A stretch of DNA of 64,000 nucleotides from Octopus bimaculoides (lineage: Eukaryota), in the NCBI RefSeq assembly GCF_001194135.2, contig NC_069002.1, positions 26,030,023-26,094,022 on the forward strand. The letters are read 5' to 3'. Below, one piece after another: positions 39,966-54,392 of the stretch (its first letter is position 1; each line of letters begins with the position of its first letter). The position numbers were made by a program, and so were the translations under genes. The notes below the pieces were generated by a model. That model ran no database searches, was not told the DNA's origin, and saw only the letters and a program-made list of their open reading frames with translations.

Positions 39966-41521
39966 GTGTTGCATGAATTGGCCATGGAATTTCCTTTCTC
40001 TCCTCTTATTTGTTCTATTATTCTTCCTTCTGTTCTTGAACTCTTCTACTGTTTCTAGTCACTGGTAATATTCTTTCTTCACTACAAACAATGTAGTTTT
40101 CCAAAACCAATATTGCAGTACAAATGGGGTCTTCTGCATTTAACAATCCTCTGCCTCCTTCTCTCTTAGTAGAGAGAGCCTGGCAATATTATTCTGAGGG
40201 TGGTTCATGATTTGTTATCTAAAACTCTGAGTTGCACTTCATCATGGTACCTATTCACATCTAGGTAGATTGGTCTTACAAGATTTATGTGTTAGATCGT
40301 AAAGAGAGAGAGAGAGAAAGAAAGCTGGGGAGGGAAGAGTTGGAGAAATAGGGAGAGAGAGAGAAAGAAAGCTGGGGAGGGAAGAGTTGGAGAAATAGGG
40401 AGAGAGAGAGAGTAATAATGTTTTGTTATCTGCAACTCTGAGTTGCACCTCAGCCTGGTACTTGGGCCTCACGGAGGCCCAAGTGATCGAGACCTCTGAC
40501 GATATGCTGTGCATGAGAAAACTTGTCAGGCCAAGTGAAATCCTAATCGTGGCCATTGTCAGTGCCATGTAAATGGCACCTGTAAAATTGGAGTCAGGCC
40601 ATTGCTGGTGCCATTTAAATGGCACCTGTGAATTGTAGTCGTAATCATGGTCATAGATGTTGCCATGTAAATGTTAATTGTAGTCATGGTTGTTGTCAGT
40701 GTCATGTAAATGGCACTTGTGCCAGTAGCATGTAAAAACATCTATTACACTCCTGGAGTGGTTGGTGTTAGGAAGGGCATCCAACCATAGAAATCACGCC
40801 ACATCAGACTGGAACCTGGTGCAGCTTTATGGCTTATCGGTTCTAGTCAAACTGGCTAACTCATGCCAGCATGGAGAGTGAACATTAAATGATGATGATG
40901 TAGATTAAGCTTACAATGTTGGATCATGAAAAGAGAGAGAGGGAGAAGATAAGAGAAAGAGGGAAAGAAGCGGGTAGGGCTGATAGAGATAAGACATGAA
41001 CCATCAATTCTTCCAGACAATCGTCCAACTTTCTATGAACTCACCGAAATCAGCCAACCATGATTCTTGATTGAATAAGTAAGTTTACCATTAGAAAATG
41101 TCCGACACGAAGAAAAACCAAGCACTTTAGTTCTGTGAGCACCATTCTGTCAATGTTGACAACTGTTATATCAGAACCTGATGAAGCAGAGAATTCCAAG
41201 TAACAGGAAGATGCAAAAAGTCCATGAAAGAATCTATTTAGTGGTTGAAGAACGGTTGAAGAATGATTACTTCTTTTGACGTTACATTCTTAATTGTTTG
41301 TATTCTTCAGATTTATTCTGGTATTCTAAGATCCTCAAGTCATCTTTGAGCATAACTGTGTCACTAATGGATTTTGTAATGCTGTTAGATGACAAAAGAA
41401 TTAAGGAGAGGCTTTTTTTTCTCTCTCTCTCTCTAAGTAGGTGTTGCAATCAATTTTTATCTTTCATTGTTGATATGGCATCCTAATATATATATATATA
41501 TAGAACATATATACGCAAATG

Positions 41522-41565
<44 letters not shown>

Positions 41566-41800
41566 CATACATGCATACATATCTGTGTGTGTGTGTATTA
41601 TATATATACACACACACACATATATATACATAATTATATACTTGTATATATGTTTGTATACTACATACACATACACACACCTACTATATATATATATAAT
41701 ATAATATAATATGATATATATGTATGCATACGTATATACATATGTGTGTGTGGGTATATCTAAATGCTTATACTTACTTTTATATATGTATATACACACG

Positions 41801-41859
<59 letters not shown>

Positions 41860-42879
41860 GTCAGACGGGACCTTGATGACTGCCTTGAGGCAGGAAAGTA
41901 TACTAGTCCTTATATATTTAATACTCAATATTTCATATATTCAATAAGACATTCAATACTTCATTTCATTTTACTATCTATGTTATATATTCCATATTCT
42001 ATATCCCACATTAATTTTATAAGAATATAAATAAAACATAAAAGAACAGAGTTGGAACTCTTTTAAATAATATATTCCTCTATACACGATCATACAAACC
42101 CTTTTTTATACTTTTTTATTTNNNNNNNNNNNNNNNNNNNNNNNNNNNNNNNNNNNNNNNNNNNNNNNNNNNNNNNNNNNNNNNNNNNNNNNNNNNNNNN
42201 NNNNNNNNNNNNNNNNNNNNNNNNNNNNNNNNNNNNNNNNNNNNNNNNNNNNNNNNNNNNNNNNNNNNNNNNNNNNNNNNNNNNNNNNNNNNNNNNNNNN
42301 NNNNNNNNNNNNNNNNNNNNNNNNNNNNNNNNNNNATATATATACACACACACTCGCACACACATGCATATAAAGTGTGCAAAGAAATGTATAAAAAGGA
42401 AAAACGAAACAGAAACATGCAAAAAAAATCACACGGACAATGTCAACTTTGATCTGGTTGTTATTCTAAGTTTTATGAAATATTAAAAGAGAGAAGCTTA
42501 AACAAATATGAAAGTAAATAAATCAGATCCTGTATTTTATATGTCAAAAAAAATTATGACACCAACAATAAACAACAGAAAAAAAGCTTGACAATAACAA
42601 ATGGTGTCTAACAAGGATTCAAAACTGCAAAATTTTTTAGAGGGAGATGGTCACTTACATTGATTAAACCCATTCTGAGAATATGCTTTACTGATCCCTT
42701 TCATCCCTCATACACTTACCTCAAGGGTAAAAGACGAAAGCAATCACCAGGTGTAATTATTCCCCAACCCTTTGACTTCTGTCACGGGATTCATCAAAAT
42801 CAATAACAATGTTATTGATCTTGCATGAACATATAAACATTATGTATCATATGTATATGTGCATGTATGCATTTACATA

Positions 42880-42941
<62 letters not shown>

Positions 42942-43274
42942 NNNNNNNNNNNNNNNNNNNNNNNNNNNNNNNNNNNNNNNNNNNNNNNNNNNNNNNNNNN
43001 NNNNNNNNNNNNNNNNNNNNNNNNNNNNNNNNNNNNNNNNNNNNNNNNNNNNNNNNNNNNNNNNNNNNNNNNNNNNNNNNNNNNNNNNNNNNNNNNNNNN
43101 NNNNNNNNNNNNNNNNNNNNNNNNNNNNNNNNNNNNNNNNNNNNNNNNNNNNNNNNNNNNNNNNNNNNNNNNNNNNNNNNNNNNNNNNNNNNNNNNNNNN
43201 NNNNNNNNNNNNNNNNNNNNNNNNNNNNNNNNNNNNNNNNNNNNNNNNNNNNNNNNNNNNNNNNNNNNNNNNNN

Positions 43275-43332
<58 letters not shown>

Positions 43333-43770
43333 TATATATATATATGTATATAATATATTTATGTATATATATATATATGTTTATATATATGCATATATAT
43401 ATGTGTATGTATGTATGTATATATGTACATATATATGTATTCATGTATCTGTGTATGTATGAACGTATGTAAGCATGTATGCATGTATGGATGGATGGGT
43501 GGATGGATATGAATTTGTTGCTTAATGGCAAATCACAGGAAGAATATCCTGTTTTAGTTTGTCCATTAGTCATTGAGTTTATTTCTTTTATATCCAGAAT
43601 GTTCTGGAAGGCCTCTTGCATTACATTATCATTTAGATTCTCTGCCTAATTGAATATCTCAATAATTGAGTCTAACTTGTTTGTCCACCTCCTGCTTTGA
43701 AAATTTATATCTTCTGTCTTAACCAATTACTAAATATTTTACCATCCTCTATTGCGAACTTATAGCCGGC

Positions 43771-43803
<33 letters not shown>

Positions 43804-43805
43804 CA

Positions 43806-44075
43806 AAATGAAGAAAGTGAAGATAGTGCCAATTATTGTTGGATCCTTGGGAACAGTATCAGAAGGCATCAAGGGGAATATAAAGGAAATCAGAATGGAG
43901 TGCCCCGTAGAACTGTTGCAAAAGGTTTGCCTCCTTAGCACGGCCAGAATAATCAGGAAAGTATTAGATAGCTGGAAAGAATGGGTAGCATGGTACCGTA
44001 GGCTGCAGGTAGCAAGTCTGCTATGCATGCAAGACTCCAGGAGCTCCAACAAAACCCGTGATAAAGAGAAATAAT
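43806..44075 (+). mobile_element. RLE LINE extreme 3' end flanked by (AAT)n
   Basis: VKIVPIIVGSLGTV...LLQKVCLLSTARIIRKVL. Confidence 0.75.
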
Positions 44076-44109
44076 AATAATAATAATAATAATAAATAAT
44101 AAATACCCT

Positions 44110-44650
44110 GATGCAAAACCAGGCAGCGGTTCTCATGGCTTCCTATCTTAACTGATTGGAAGTGTTATCATGTACATCGTTTTGTCTTGGCATAAAAGAT
44201 GGGCTACAACAAATATTCTGCTTAATATCACAGATTTACTCGTCAATTGTTTGATCTTAACCAGTTGAGCATGTCCCTTGGTGGCTGAGGATATGTGCAT
44301 CTCTGATCAAGAGCAGAAGTAGTAGGGGAGCATTATAGTCATGAGTTGAGAAGAACTCTTTGGGGTTTGGATAATTCACCTTTGGAAACATGGGTATTTC
44401 GTTCGACATCCTCAAACAACCTTTATTCAAGGATCTTTTGAGCGGGATGGGTTACTTGACCTGCAGAAAATTCTGACTGGGTCCCACCTGCGAGGTCATG
44501 CGCTGTTTATCTCGATATGAGATCACTAAGTCACACACATATGGTTGTGATGCATGTACCTGGTGTACCCTTATCAGACGGGTAGTCATGATGGGTATAC
44601 TGGGCTTTGTATATTTGTACCCCAGTGTCACTCTGATGGCATGCATTGCA
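44110..44650 (-). mobile_element. Unclassified interspersed repeat
   Basis: Its start on the minus strand (gcatgccatcagagtgacactgggg) matches gagcagtgcatgccatca at about 38445. Family not determined. Confidence 0.4.
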
Positions 44651-45847
44651 TTCTCACTGTGTGTGCATTTGTGTGTATGTATGTGTGTGTGTACATGTAT
44701 GTGCATGTGTGTTTGTGGTAGCAGATATATGAGTGTGTAGATGTGGGTGTCTGATGCCTTTATATGTGTATCTGCTATGCATGTGGGTGGATGAGGGTGC
44801 ACATGTGTGTAAGCTGGTGCGTAGGTAAGAGCTGTTGGTATCAACTCATTGGTGCATATGTGCATGTTTGCAAGGGTATGTGTATGTATGTGGGTGTGTA
44901 TCAGCCATGTGTGTGTGTGTACTCACATGTGGGTGTATGTGTGTGTACTCACATGTGGGTGTATGTGTCAGCTGTGTAGATCGTCTACACACTTGTATAT
45001 CTGGTTTACACACACACACACATGCACACATGCCCATACACACACACATAGACACACACATTCATGCACATGTGCACACACACACACATGCGAATGCATG
45101 ACTACACACACATACACACATACATGCATGCACACAAGCATGCACACATGAATGCATGCAGACACACAAAAGCAAACACACACATACACGCACATGCACA
45201 TACACACACGTGCACACATGAATGCATGCACACACACAGCACACTCCCACACAGCACACTCCCACACACACACTCTTGCCGGCCATGCACCTGATGACCC
45301 ACAAGTCTCTTCAAAGACTGGCCAGACAGCAAGGCACCACCAGTTCCCTTCCCAGTCACACAATCAAAGAAGTTCTTTCATTATAAGCCATCTGGTGATG
45401 CTAGAATGTTGATCTCATGTCTAACAACACCATGTGACTTGCCTTGACCAATAGCAACCCAGTTTCTGGCAGCCATCTTGGACTTCCTGCATCTCTCCAT
45501 TTGGCTAAGTGAACCTGACAACCTAGACTTCAGGAAGAACGCTATGAAACCATAAGCTGCATGGAACCAAATCAAACAATTTCAAAATATGTAATTCTTT
45601 CTAAATGTGTTGAATGCTTCTTTCTTTTGCTTGTCCATTCACCCGTATATATTCTTTTATTCTTTTCCTTGTTTCAGTCATTTGACTGCAGCCATGCTGG
45701 AGCACCGCCTTTAGTCAAACAAATTGACTCCAGGACTTATTCTTTGTAAGCCTAGTACTTATTCTATCGGTTTCCTTTGCTGAACTGCTAAGTTACAGCG
45801 ACATAAACACACCAGCATCAGTTGTCAAGTGATGGTGGTGGGGACAA

Positions 45848-45878
<31 letters not shown>

Positions 45879-47909
45879 CATATGACGGGCTTCATTCAGT
45901 TTCCAAATCCTCTCACAAGGCTTTGGTCGGCCCAAGGTTATAGTAGATGACATTTATCAAGGTGTCACGCAGTGGGACTGAACCTGGAACCATGTGGTTA
46001 GGAAGCAAGCTTTTTACCACACAGCCACTCCTGTGCCTTAAAATATATATTGGGTGCCTAAGGTATTTGAGAACATACCTTTTTTGGGGTCATTGCAGCA
46101 TTTTTTGCTAACTCTGTATAATTTTTGTTTCAGAAAACAATAACGGCAGACCCTCAGCTTACACAAGAAATGAAGTGACATGCTGTTACTCATCAGAGGT
46201 GTCTACATTATTCTGACAGTCTCCAGAGAACCAATCAACCAAACTGTCTATATACTCAACAAATGCAGCAGTCACTCTATGAAGGAGTCCTTAATTTGCA
46301 TACCTAAAGTGTTTAACACTCTATAAAAACCAGCAGCCTGATATACACACACACACACACACATTCAGGGGCAATGACAAATGACTGAGACCTTCGGCAA
46401 TTTGCTGTACTTGAGTAGAAGACCCATCAAGCCAAGTGGAATTGCAGTCATATCAGATACTGGCATCATGCAACTGGCACCCATGCTGGTGGCATGTAAA
46501 AGGCACCCGTTACACACTCAGAGTGGTTGGCATTAGGAAGGCCATCCAACCATAGAAGCTATGCCAAATCAGAATGGAGTCTAGTACAGCCCCTCAGCTT
46601 ACAAGCTTCAGTCAAACTGTTCAACCCATGCCAGCATGGACAACAGACATTAAATAATGGTGACGGTGATGATGCTGATGATATATATATATATATAGAC
46701 ATATATGGTTGTATGTGTGTCCATGTGTATATATGTGTTTGTATGTATATATGAATACCTAGGAATACATTATCTAATGAGTCTATCCTTTTTAAGACAG
46801 TAGAATGATGGAGATTTAGCAGCTATCTCAAGCAGATCAGCTGACCATGTAGAAGCTCTCCCATTGGTTTGTTCGGCTGTAGTTACTATGCCTAAAGTGT
46901 ACATAAACATTGATTTTCTTATCGTTTCTTCATGTCACAAAACATGCAATTTAAATTTTATGAACAAAATTAAATTTTTATCTGGGAATCATTGAATTCA
47001 TGGAGGCTAAAACTTATTTATATATCTTTAAATCTTTAAACTTGATATTTACTGTTACATACGAACATTTAATTATGAAATTCACAGTTGCAGGTTAAAA
47101 TAAAAATAATCTTCATACAACTTTCCCAGAATTTCAAGAAAAAGAGATTTAATTAGCTAAAAACTTTGGTCACCAAAACTTTGTCAAACTTTTGATTCTG
47201 TTAATTTAGGTTTTGACCAAAAATAGATTCCTGTTTAGAATTCTTTCTTTGGTTATGAATAATGCATATATACTTTTGAATAATATGTATTACCATTCTG
47301 CAAGAAAGAGAGTATACATGGTTAGAGTTTGTCTATTCTAGGGCTTTCTAGTTTACAAGAAATTTCCATAATGCTTCCTCAAATGCAGAAATGCAGGTTG
47401 TTTTTTGTTGTTTTTTTTTCTCTTAATTTTCTTTTAAGTCTCTGAGAGAGACTCTTCAGGATTTCAGAATTTTTTTTTTTTTTTTTTTTTTTTTTCATAA
47501 AACTAAAACTTGCAAGTTTTCTTCCAGCAAATAATTCCATAAATTACTCTCTTGAGAATTCCAGACTTAACAAAAATATATTTGGAACACACGATGTTGC
47601 TTACTACTTTGGTAAATTTAAATATAGAATGCTGTTTGGTCGTACATCAGGGAGTTACTGCTTTGATTTGTTACGGTTATATAATTCACTCTTGTCTGGT
47701 TTGCTTTGACTTTCATGAACTTGATAAAACTCTACCTTTCATCTGATATCAGTTTTTCTACGAGTTAGACAGAAATGGCCAATTCTAAGTCCCATGGCGC
47801 AATGAATCAGAGATACAGCAGTGAAGAGTTCAACCTTCATTTAATGTACCTAAAGCAGTCAGATCTGCCTGGCAGACCTCACCCTACTCAAAGCCACACC
47901 CTTATAGGG

Positions 47910-48985
47910 AAAGTTAACCCTTTTCTTACCATTTTACAGTTGAAATACTGTTTTTATTTTTCAATTAATTTTGAAAATAATGAAGAATTTTATGACATAA
48001 CTTTCCCAATATTAAGCTGACATTTGGATCATGAATTAACATGGAATTTTCATGGAACATCATTTCACAGCAGAAAGTTTCTATCAAAGGATTATGGGTA
48101 GCCTCAGGTGAAATGAGGTCAACAGGCTGGCCGTTTGGTTACCATTTTTCTGTTGAAATACACTGTCACGTTTTTCTATTAATTTTGACGAATTTAGTAA
48201 AATAACTTAAACTTTAAGCTGGTGTTTGGAACATAACATGAAATTTTCATTAAAGATTTTAATTTAGATCACTTTAACCCTTTTGTTACCATATTTCTGT
48301 CGAAATACATTACCTTTGCTTCGATTAATTTTGAAAATTTTGAACAATATTGTAAAATAATTGTCATGTTATTAAGCTGGTATTTGAAATGCAAATTAAT
48401 ACAAAATTTTGATGAAAAATATTTATTTAGATTTCTTTAAAATAAGTAATTTGCTTCATGGAACTACAGAATGGTCTCAAAAGAGTTGGCTCTTTTGTTG
48501 CCATATTTGTGTTGAAATATTCTTTGTTTCAATTACTTTTGAAAATAATGAGAAATATAGTAAAATGATTTAGTCATTATTAAGTTTGGTGTTTGGAACA
48601 TAAATTAACTATGGAATTCTGATGGAATGTGTTAAGATCACTTTAACCTTTATATTGCCATAGTTTTGTTGAAATACTGGGCTTTTATTTCAATTAATTT
48701 TGAAAGAAATAAAGAATTCAGTAAAATAACTTTATTGTTACTAAACCAATGTTTGGAACATAAATTTACGTATAATTTTCATGGAAAGCTTTAGCCTGTT
48801 AGCACTTAAACTGACCACACCCAGCCCAAATATTCTATCTGTTTTGTGTTAAAACCAGCCATATCTGACCTACCACACCTACCCTACAATGTCATTCTAA
48901 AACAAACATCCACATCATCTAAATCTAAAGTTATGAGAATGATTAATTCAAACAACGGGAATAAACAAGCACCACATTCTGCCAC
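47910..48985 (+). repeat. Array of ~150-200-bp units beginning TTAA-CCCTTT (piggyBac-type MITE-like)
   Basis: ttaaccctttt.ttaccatatttctgttgaaatac...attaagctggtgtttggaacataaatt is repeated about 5 times. Confidence 0.75.
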
Positions 48986-49368
48986 AGCAGAACTGGTACC
49001 AGAGCTGGTGCCATATTAAAAGCACCCAGTACACTCTGTAGAGTGATTGACATTAGGAAGGGCATCCAGCTGTTGGAACCATGTCAGAACAGACAAGGGG
49101 CCATGGTGTGGCCCTTGACCTTACCAGCTCCAGTCAAACTGTCCAACCCATGCCTGCACGAGAAACAGATATTAAACGATGATGAGGATATATATAATAT
49201 GTATAATTCTTTTTCTTTTTTATTTGTTTCAGTCATTTGACTGTGGCCATGCTGGAGCACCGCCTTTTAGTTGAACAAATTGACCCCAGGACTTATTCTT
49301 TGTGAGCCTAGTGTTCATTCTATCAGTCTCTTTTGCTGAACATCGGTTGTCAAGCGATGATGGGGGCA

Positions 49369-49453
<85 letters not shown>

Positions 49454-50695
49454 GACGGGCTTCTTTCAGTTTCCATCTGCCAAATCCACTTGGTTGGCCC
49501 AAGGCTATAGTAGAAGACACTGGTTCAAGATGCCATGCAGTGGGACTGAACCTGGAACCATGTGGTTGGTAAACAAGCTACTTACCACACAGCTACTCCA
49601 CCACCTTATATATATAATTTGTATACCAGCTCTGGTCAAATCATCTGACCCATGCCACCATGGAAACGGATGTCCAATGATGACATCAATGACAACAACG
49701 ACGATGATGACAATAACGATGACGATGACAATGATGGCGATGAAGATTTGACAGAGAAACCTGAATGCTAAATGCTAGGTAATCCAGATCACTTTAAACC
49801 TGGAAGATTATATCATGGAACCAGTGGCAGTCACAAATGGGTTGGAATCAAAATGGTTAAAATCTACACTGCCAACTAATGAAACTTTAATTATGCATTA
49901 AAATTATGTTTAGCAGTATTTCGTCTGCCGCTACGTTCTGAGTTCAAATTCCGCCAAGGTCGACTTAGCCTTTCATTCTTTCGGGGTCGATTAAATAAGT
50001 ACCAGTTACACACTGGGGTTGATGTAATCGACTTAATCCCTTTGTCCTTGTTTGTCCCCTTTATGTTTAACCCCTCGTGGGCAATAAAGAAATAAGAAAC
50101 TTTAATTATGCAGTGCACCTGATACTTGCTGTCATGTCTTGTTTCACTCCGTGCAACCTTATTTGCAGACAGGTGGACTGAGCTAGTAAGTATCTTGGTC
50201 ATTATGGACACTACACATTATTGTTAATATGCAAATAACACATTAGCTTCTGGCGCAGCAATATGTTGACCTAGGGCATACTCTTTTACTCTTTTACTTG
50301 TTTCAGTCATTTGACTGTGGCCATGCTGGAGCACCGCTGTTTTAGTCGAACAAATTGACCCAAGGACTTATTTTTTGTAAGCCTAGTACTTATTCTATCG
50401 GTCTCTTTTGTCAAACCGCTAAGTTACAGGGGTCATAAACACCAACTTCGGTTGTCAAGCGATGATTGGGGACAAACAGAGACACACAAACATATACATA
50501 TGCAATCCTCACGCACATATATATATGTATACAAGGGGCTTCTTTCAGTTTCCGTCTATCAAATCCACTCACAAGTTTTTGGCCATCCCGATGCTATAGT
50601 AGAAGACACATACCCAAGATGCCACACAGTGGGACTGAACCCGGAACCATGTGGCTGGTAAGCAAGCTACTTACCGCACAGCCACTCCAGCACCC

Positions 50696-50735
<40 letters not shown>

Positions 50736-50804
50736 GATAGATAAATAGATAGAGAGAGAGAGAGAGAGATAGATAAAGACATACATACATACATACATGC
50801 CTCA

Positions 50805-51285
50805 TGACTGAGAATTTTGGCAATATGCTGTGCTTGAGAAGACCCATCAAACCAAGTGAAATCACAGTTGTGGTCAATGCTGATGATACGCAACTGGCAC
50901 CCATGCCAGTGGCACGTAAAGAGCACTTTTGAGTGTTGGGTCTCATGGAGGCAAAGTGGCCAAGCTCCTTTCGAGTGTTGGGCCCCATGGAGGCAATGAC
51001 CAAGACCTTTGGCATTATGTCGTGCTTGAGAAGACCCATCAAGCCGAGCAAAATTGCAGTCATGGCAGATACTAGTTTCATGCAAATGGTACCTGCGCTA
51101 GTGGCACATAAAATCTTCCATTACACTCTCAGAGTGGTTGGCATTAGGAAGGACATCCAGCTGTAGAAACCATGCCAAATTAGACTGGATCCTGGTGCAG
51201 CCTTCCTGCTTGCCATCCCTGGTCAAACCATCCAACCCATGCCAGCAAAGAAAATGGATGTTAAATGATGATGATGAGGATGATG
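50805..51285 (+). mobile_element. RTE 3' UTR-derived short element with internal tandem subunits
   Basis: gaccaagacctttggca..tatg..gtgcttgagaagacccatcaagcc (the RTE ORF end DRDLW.YAVLEKT) is repeated twice, followed by aggaag.acatccagctgtag...catgccagca...(GAT)n. Confidence 0.8.
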
Positions 51286-51474
51286 TGTGCATGCGGGTGC
51301 ATGTGTGTGTGTGTGTGTGATTTTGTGTCTATTTACCTTCACATATCAGGGTAGTTGTAAACAAGTCACCTCTATACAAGTGGTATCTTTCATGAAGAGT
51401 GATCAGAAGCAGAGAGGGAGAGATGAGACAGAGAGAGAGAAAGGAAGAGAGATAGAAAGGGAGAGAGAGAGAAA

Positions 51475-51509
<35 letters not shown>

Positions 51510-51987
51510 GACAGTGAAAGAAGGTGAGAGAGGGAGAGATGAGAAAGAGAGAGAGGGAGAGAGATGAGATAGAGGGAGAGAAAAAGAGAGAGATGAGACA
51601 TAGAGAAAGAAAAAGAGAGAAGAAACTGACCCCAGTATTTGACTGGTACTCTTTGACAGAAAAAGAGATGAAAGATACAGATAACCTTATAGGGACTTGA
51701 ACCGGGAAGCAAAACAATATTCACCACAAGGTATTCGATCCTGCCGGCTGATGGCACAACCAGTTCACAAGCAGAGGAAGAACATTTTAAAGAAACGACA
51801 TCATTAAATTAGTGTTAGAGACTGTATTCTTTGAAATTGTATATTTTGACATATTTGGTCAGTGGCCAGATTTTAATAACCACAGCTATGTACTTGTGTG
51901 AATGGGTGTTTATATGTACACACACACACACACACACACACGTACACTCATATACATATGTATACATTCAGACATATGAACATATAT

Positions 51988-52070
<83 letters not shown>

Positions 52071-52204
52071 TATGTATATATATAGATATATAGATATATG
52101 TGTGTGGATATATATATGTATATATGTATATATATATTTATATATACATATATATATATATGTTTATGTGTGTATATATATATATATATGCATATAAATA
52201 TATA

Positions 52205-52240
<36 letters not shown>

Positions 52241-52555
52241 TATAGATATAGATATACATATGTATGTCTCTCTATATATATATATATGCACACGTAAGTA
52301 TATATATATATATATGCATATATGTGAATTTATATGAATGTGTATGTGCCTCTATAGATACATATATAATACATGTGTGTATGTATGTATGTATATATAT
52401 ATATATGCATGTATGTATGTGGATATGTGTGTGTATATATATGTGTGTGTGAGTGTGTGTGTGTGTTGAGAGAGACAAAGAAAAAAGAGAAAGAGAGAAA
52501 AACAAACAGAGAAAGTAAATTTACTTACAGTTTGCATAAATGAATATATTTAAAT

Positions 52556-52587
<32 letters not shown>

Positions 52588-52881
52588 CAAACACACAAAC
52601 ACACAAACACCTATGCTGTGACACAACATCTGTTGTGAGTTTTTCCATTGCTATTTCTCAAATGTGAAATGTAAATTATATACTGCAATGCAGGAGTGAG
52701 TGTCAGATTGGGAAAGTGGTGTCAGGTATAATTACACAGCTTCTCTTGTCAATGTTTCAATGAATTGTAATGTCCCATATATATCATATGGTGTGTGTGG
52801 GTGTGGGTGTGTGTGTTTGGTGTGTGGCTGCTTCAAGTTAAACACTGGTGATGATACTGTGGACTTTACATGTGTGTTTGC

Positions 52882-52996
<115 letters not shown>

Positions 52997-53262
52997 TGTA
53001 TATATATATAAATATATATCATCAACTTTTTCAGTCTGCAGAGAAATAGCTAAAATTTCCTGTTTATAATTATATCATATGTTACACATGTACACACACA
53101 CACACACGTATGTATGTATAGGTGCACATTGATGGAGAGATATACAAATATACAGATGTATAGCATACATATATTCAAATATATATATATGTACCTCATC
53201 TATTTCTCTCTCTATCTACTGCTCTCCCTCAATATATATATATATATATGTGTATATATCTA

Positions 53263-53344
<82 letters not shown>

Positions 53345-53346
<2 letters not shown>

Positions 53347-54150
53347 GGGTGTCCCAGAAAGAATTACCTATTGATATTATTCAAAATGAACTTAATGTTC
53401 TAACGTGAATTGTCAATCCCTGCAGTAATTACATTTCAAAGTGACCCTTTTCACCTTTATCATAGCTGAATTGCATGAGTGCCATACCACCTCTTCATCT
53501 AACTTGACCCCTAAAGGCAGAGGGGCTTTCTTCAGATCTGACACATCTGAATAGGCGCTAGTAGAAACATTACTCTCTAAGATGAACCAGATAGCAAAGT
53601 CCATGGAGATGATGTCTGCACTTGAGAGAAGTCTTATCATCTTGTCCCAAAATCTGCTGAAATGCTCTTTGCACCAACCTTGTGTCAAATTGGATATGTG
53701 AACCGGAGCCCTGTCTTGAGTGAAGCTGTAACAGTCACCAAAGATTTCTGTGGCCCAGGGTAACACTTTCTCATCCAACATTTCCACATAAACTTCACTG
53801 TTGATTTTGCCACCAGCATCGATGATGATCAAGGGATACTTCAGGGAGACTATATCATCTTGTCCCTGAAATGCTCTTTGCACCACCTCTGTGTCAAATT
53901 GGATGTGTGGGCCAGAGACCTGTCTCGAGTGAAGATGTAGCAGTCACCAAAGGTTTCTTTGGCCCATTTTTCACATAAACTTCAGCATCGATGAAGATCA
54001 ATGAAGACCTGAACTCATCAGATGCCATTTGTGCATAAAGCCTGTCATTCTGCCGGTTGGTAACAGCCTTCACGGTGAAGATCTTCTTGCTGGATCAGAT
54101 CAACACTTTGTTAGCAGTATGCTTCATCTCAGCTAACATGGTTTTACCCC
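53345..54150 (-). mobile_element. maT (DD37D) Tc1/mariner transposon fragment with internal duplication
   Basis: End reads CAGGGTGTCCC. Peptides KIFTVKAVTNRQNDRLYA and FTQDRAPVH...SMD with 37 residues between the last two Asp. About 53870-53990 duplicates about 53680-53790. Confidence 0.85.
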
Positions 54151-54325
54151 TTTTGAGCCACTTACCACACAGCCACTCCTGTGCTTATTGTAAAATTTAA
54201 TTTAATTTTGATAAATTAAATTGAATTTTTCCCTGTAAATTTGGAATTTTTCCCCTAATATTATCATCATAAATATATACATATATATATATACATATAT
54301 ATACATATATACACACAGACACACA

Positions 54326-54392
<67 letters not shown>

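Noticed and set aside
40305-40410. Direct duplication of a purine-rich ~50-bp block
   Set aside because: Ordinary slippage in a (GA)n tract.
41010-41060. PDNRPTFYEL resembling a tyrosine kinase C-terminus
   Set aside because: It is only about 15 codons and no kinase exons were found upstream.
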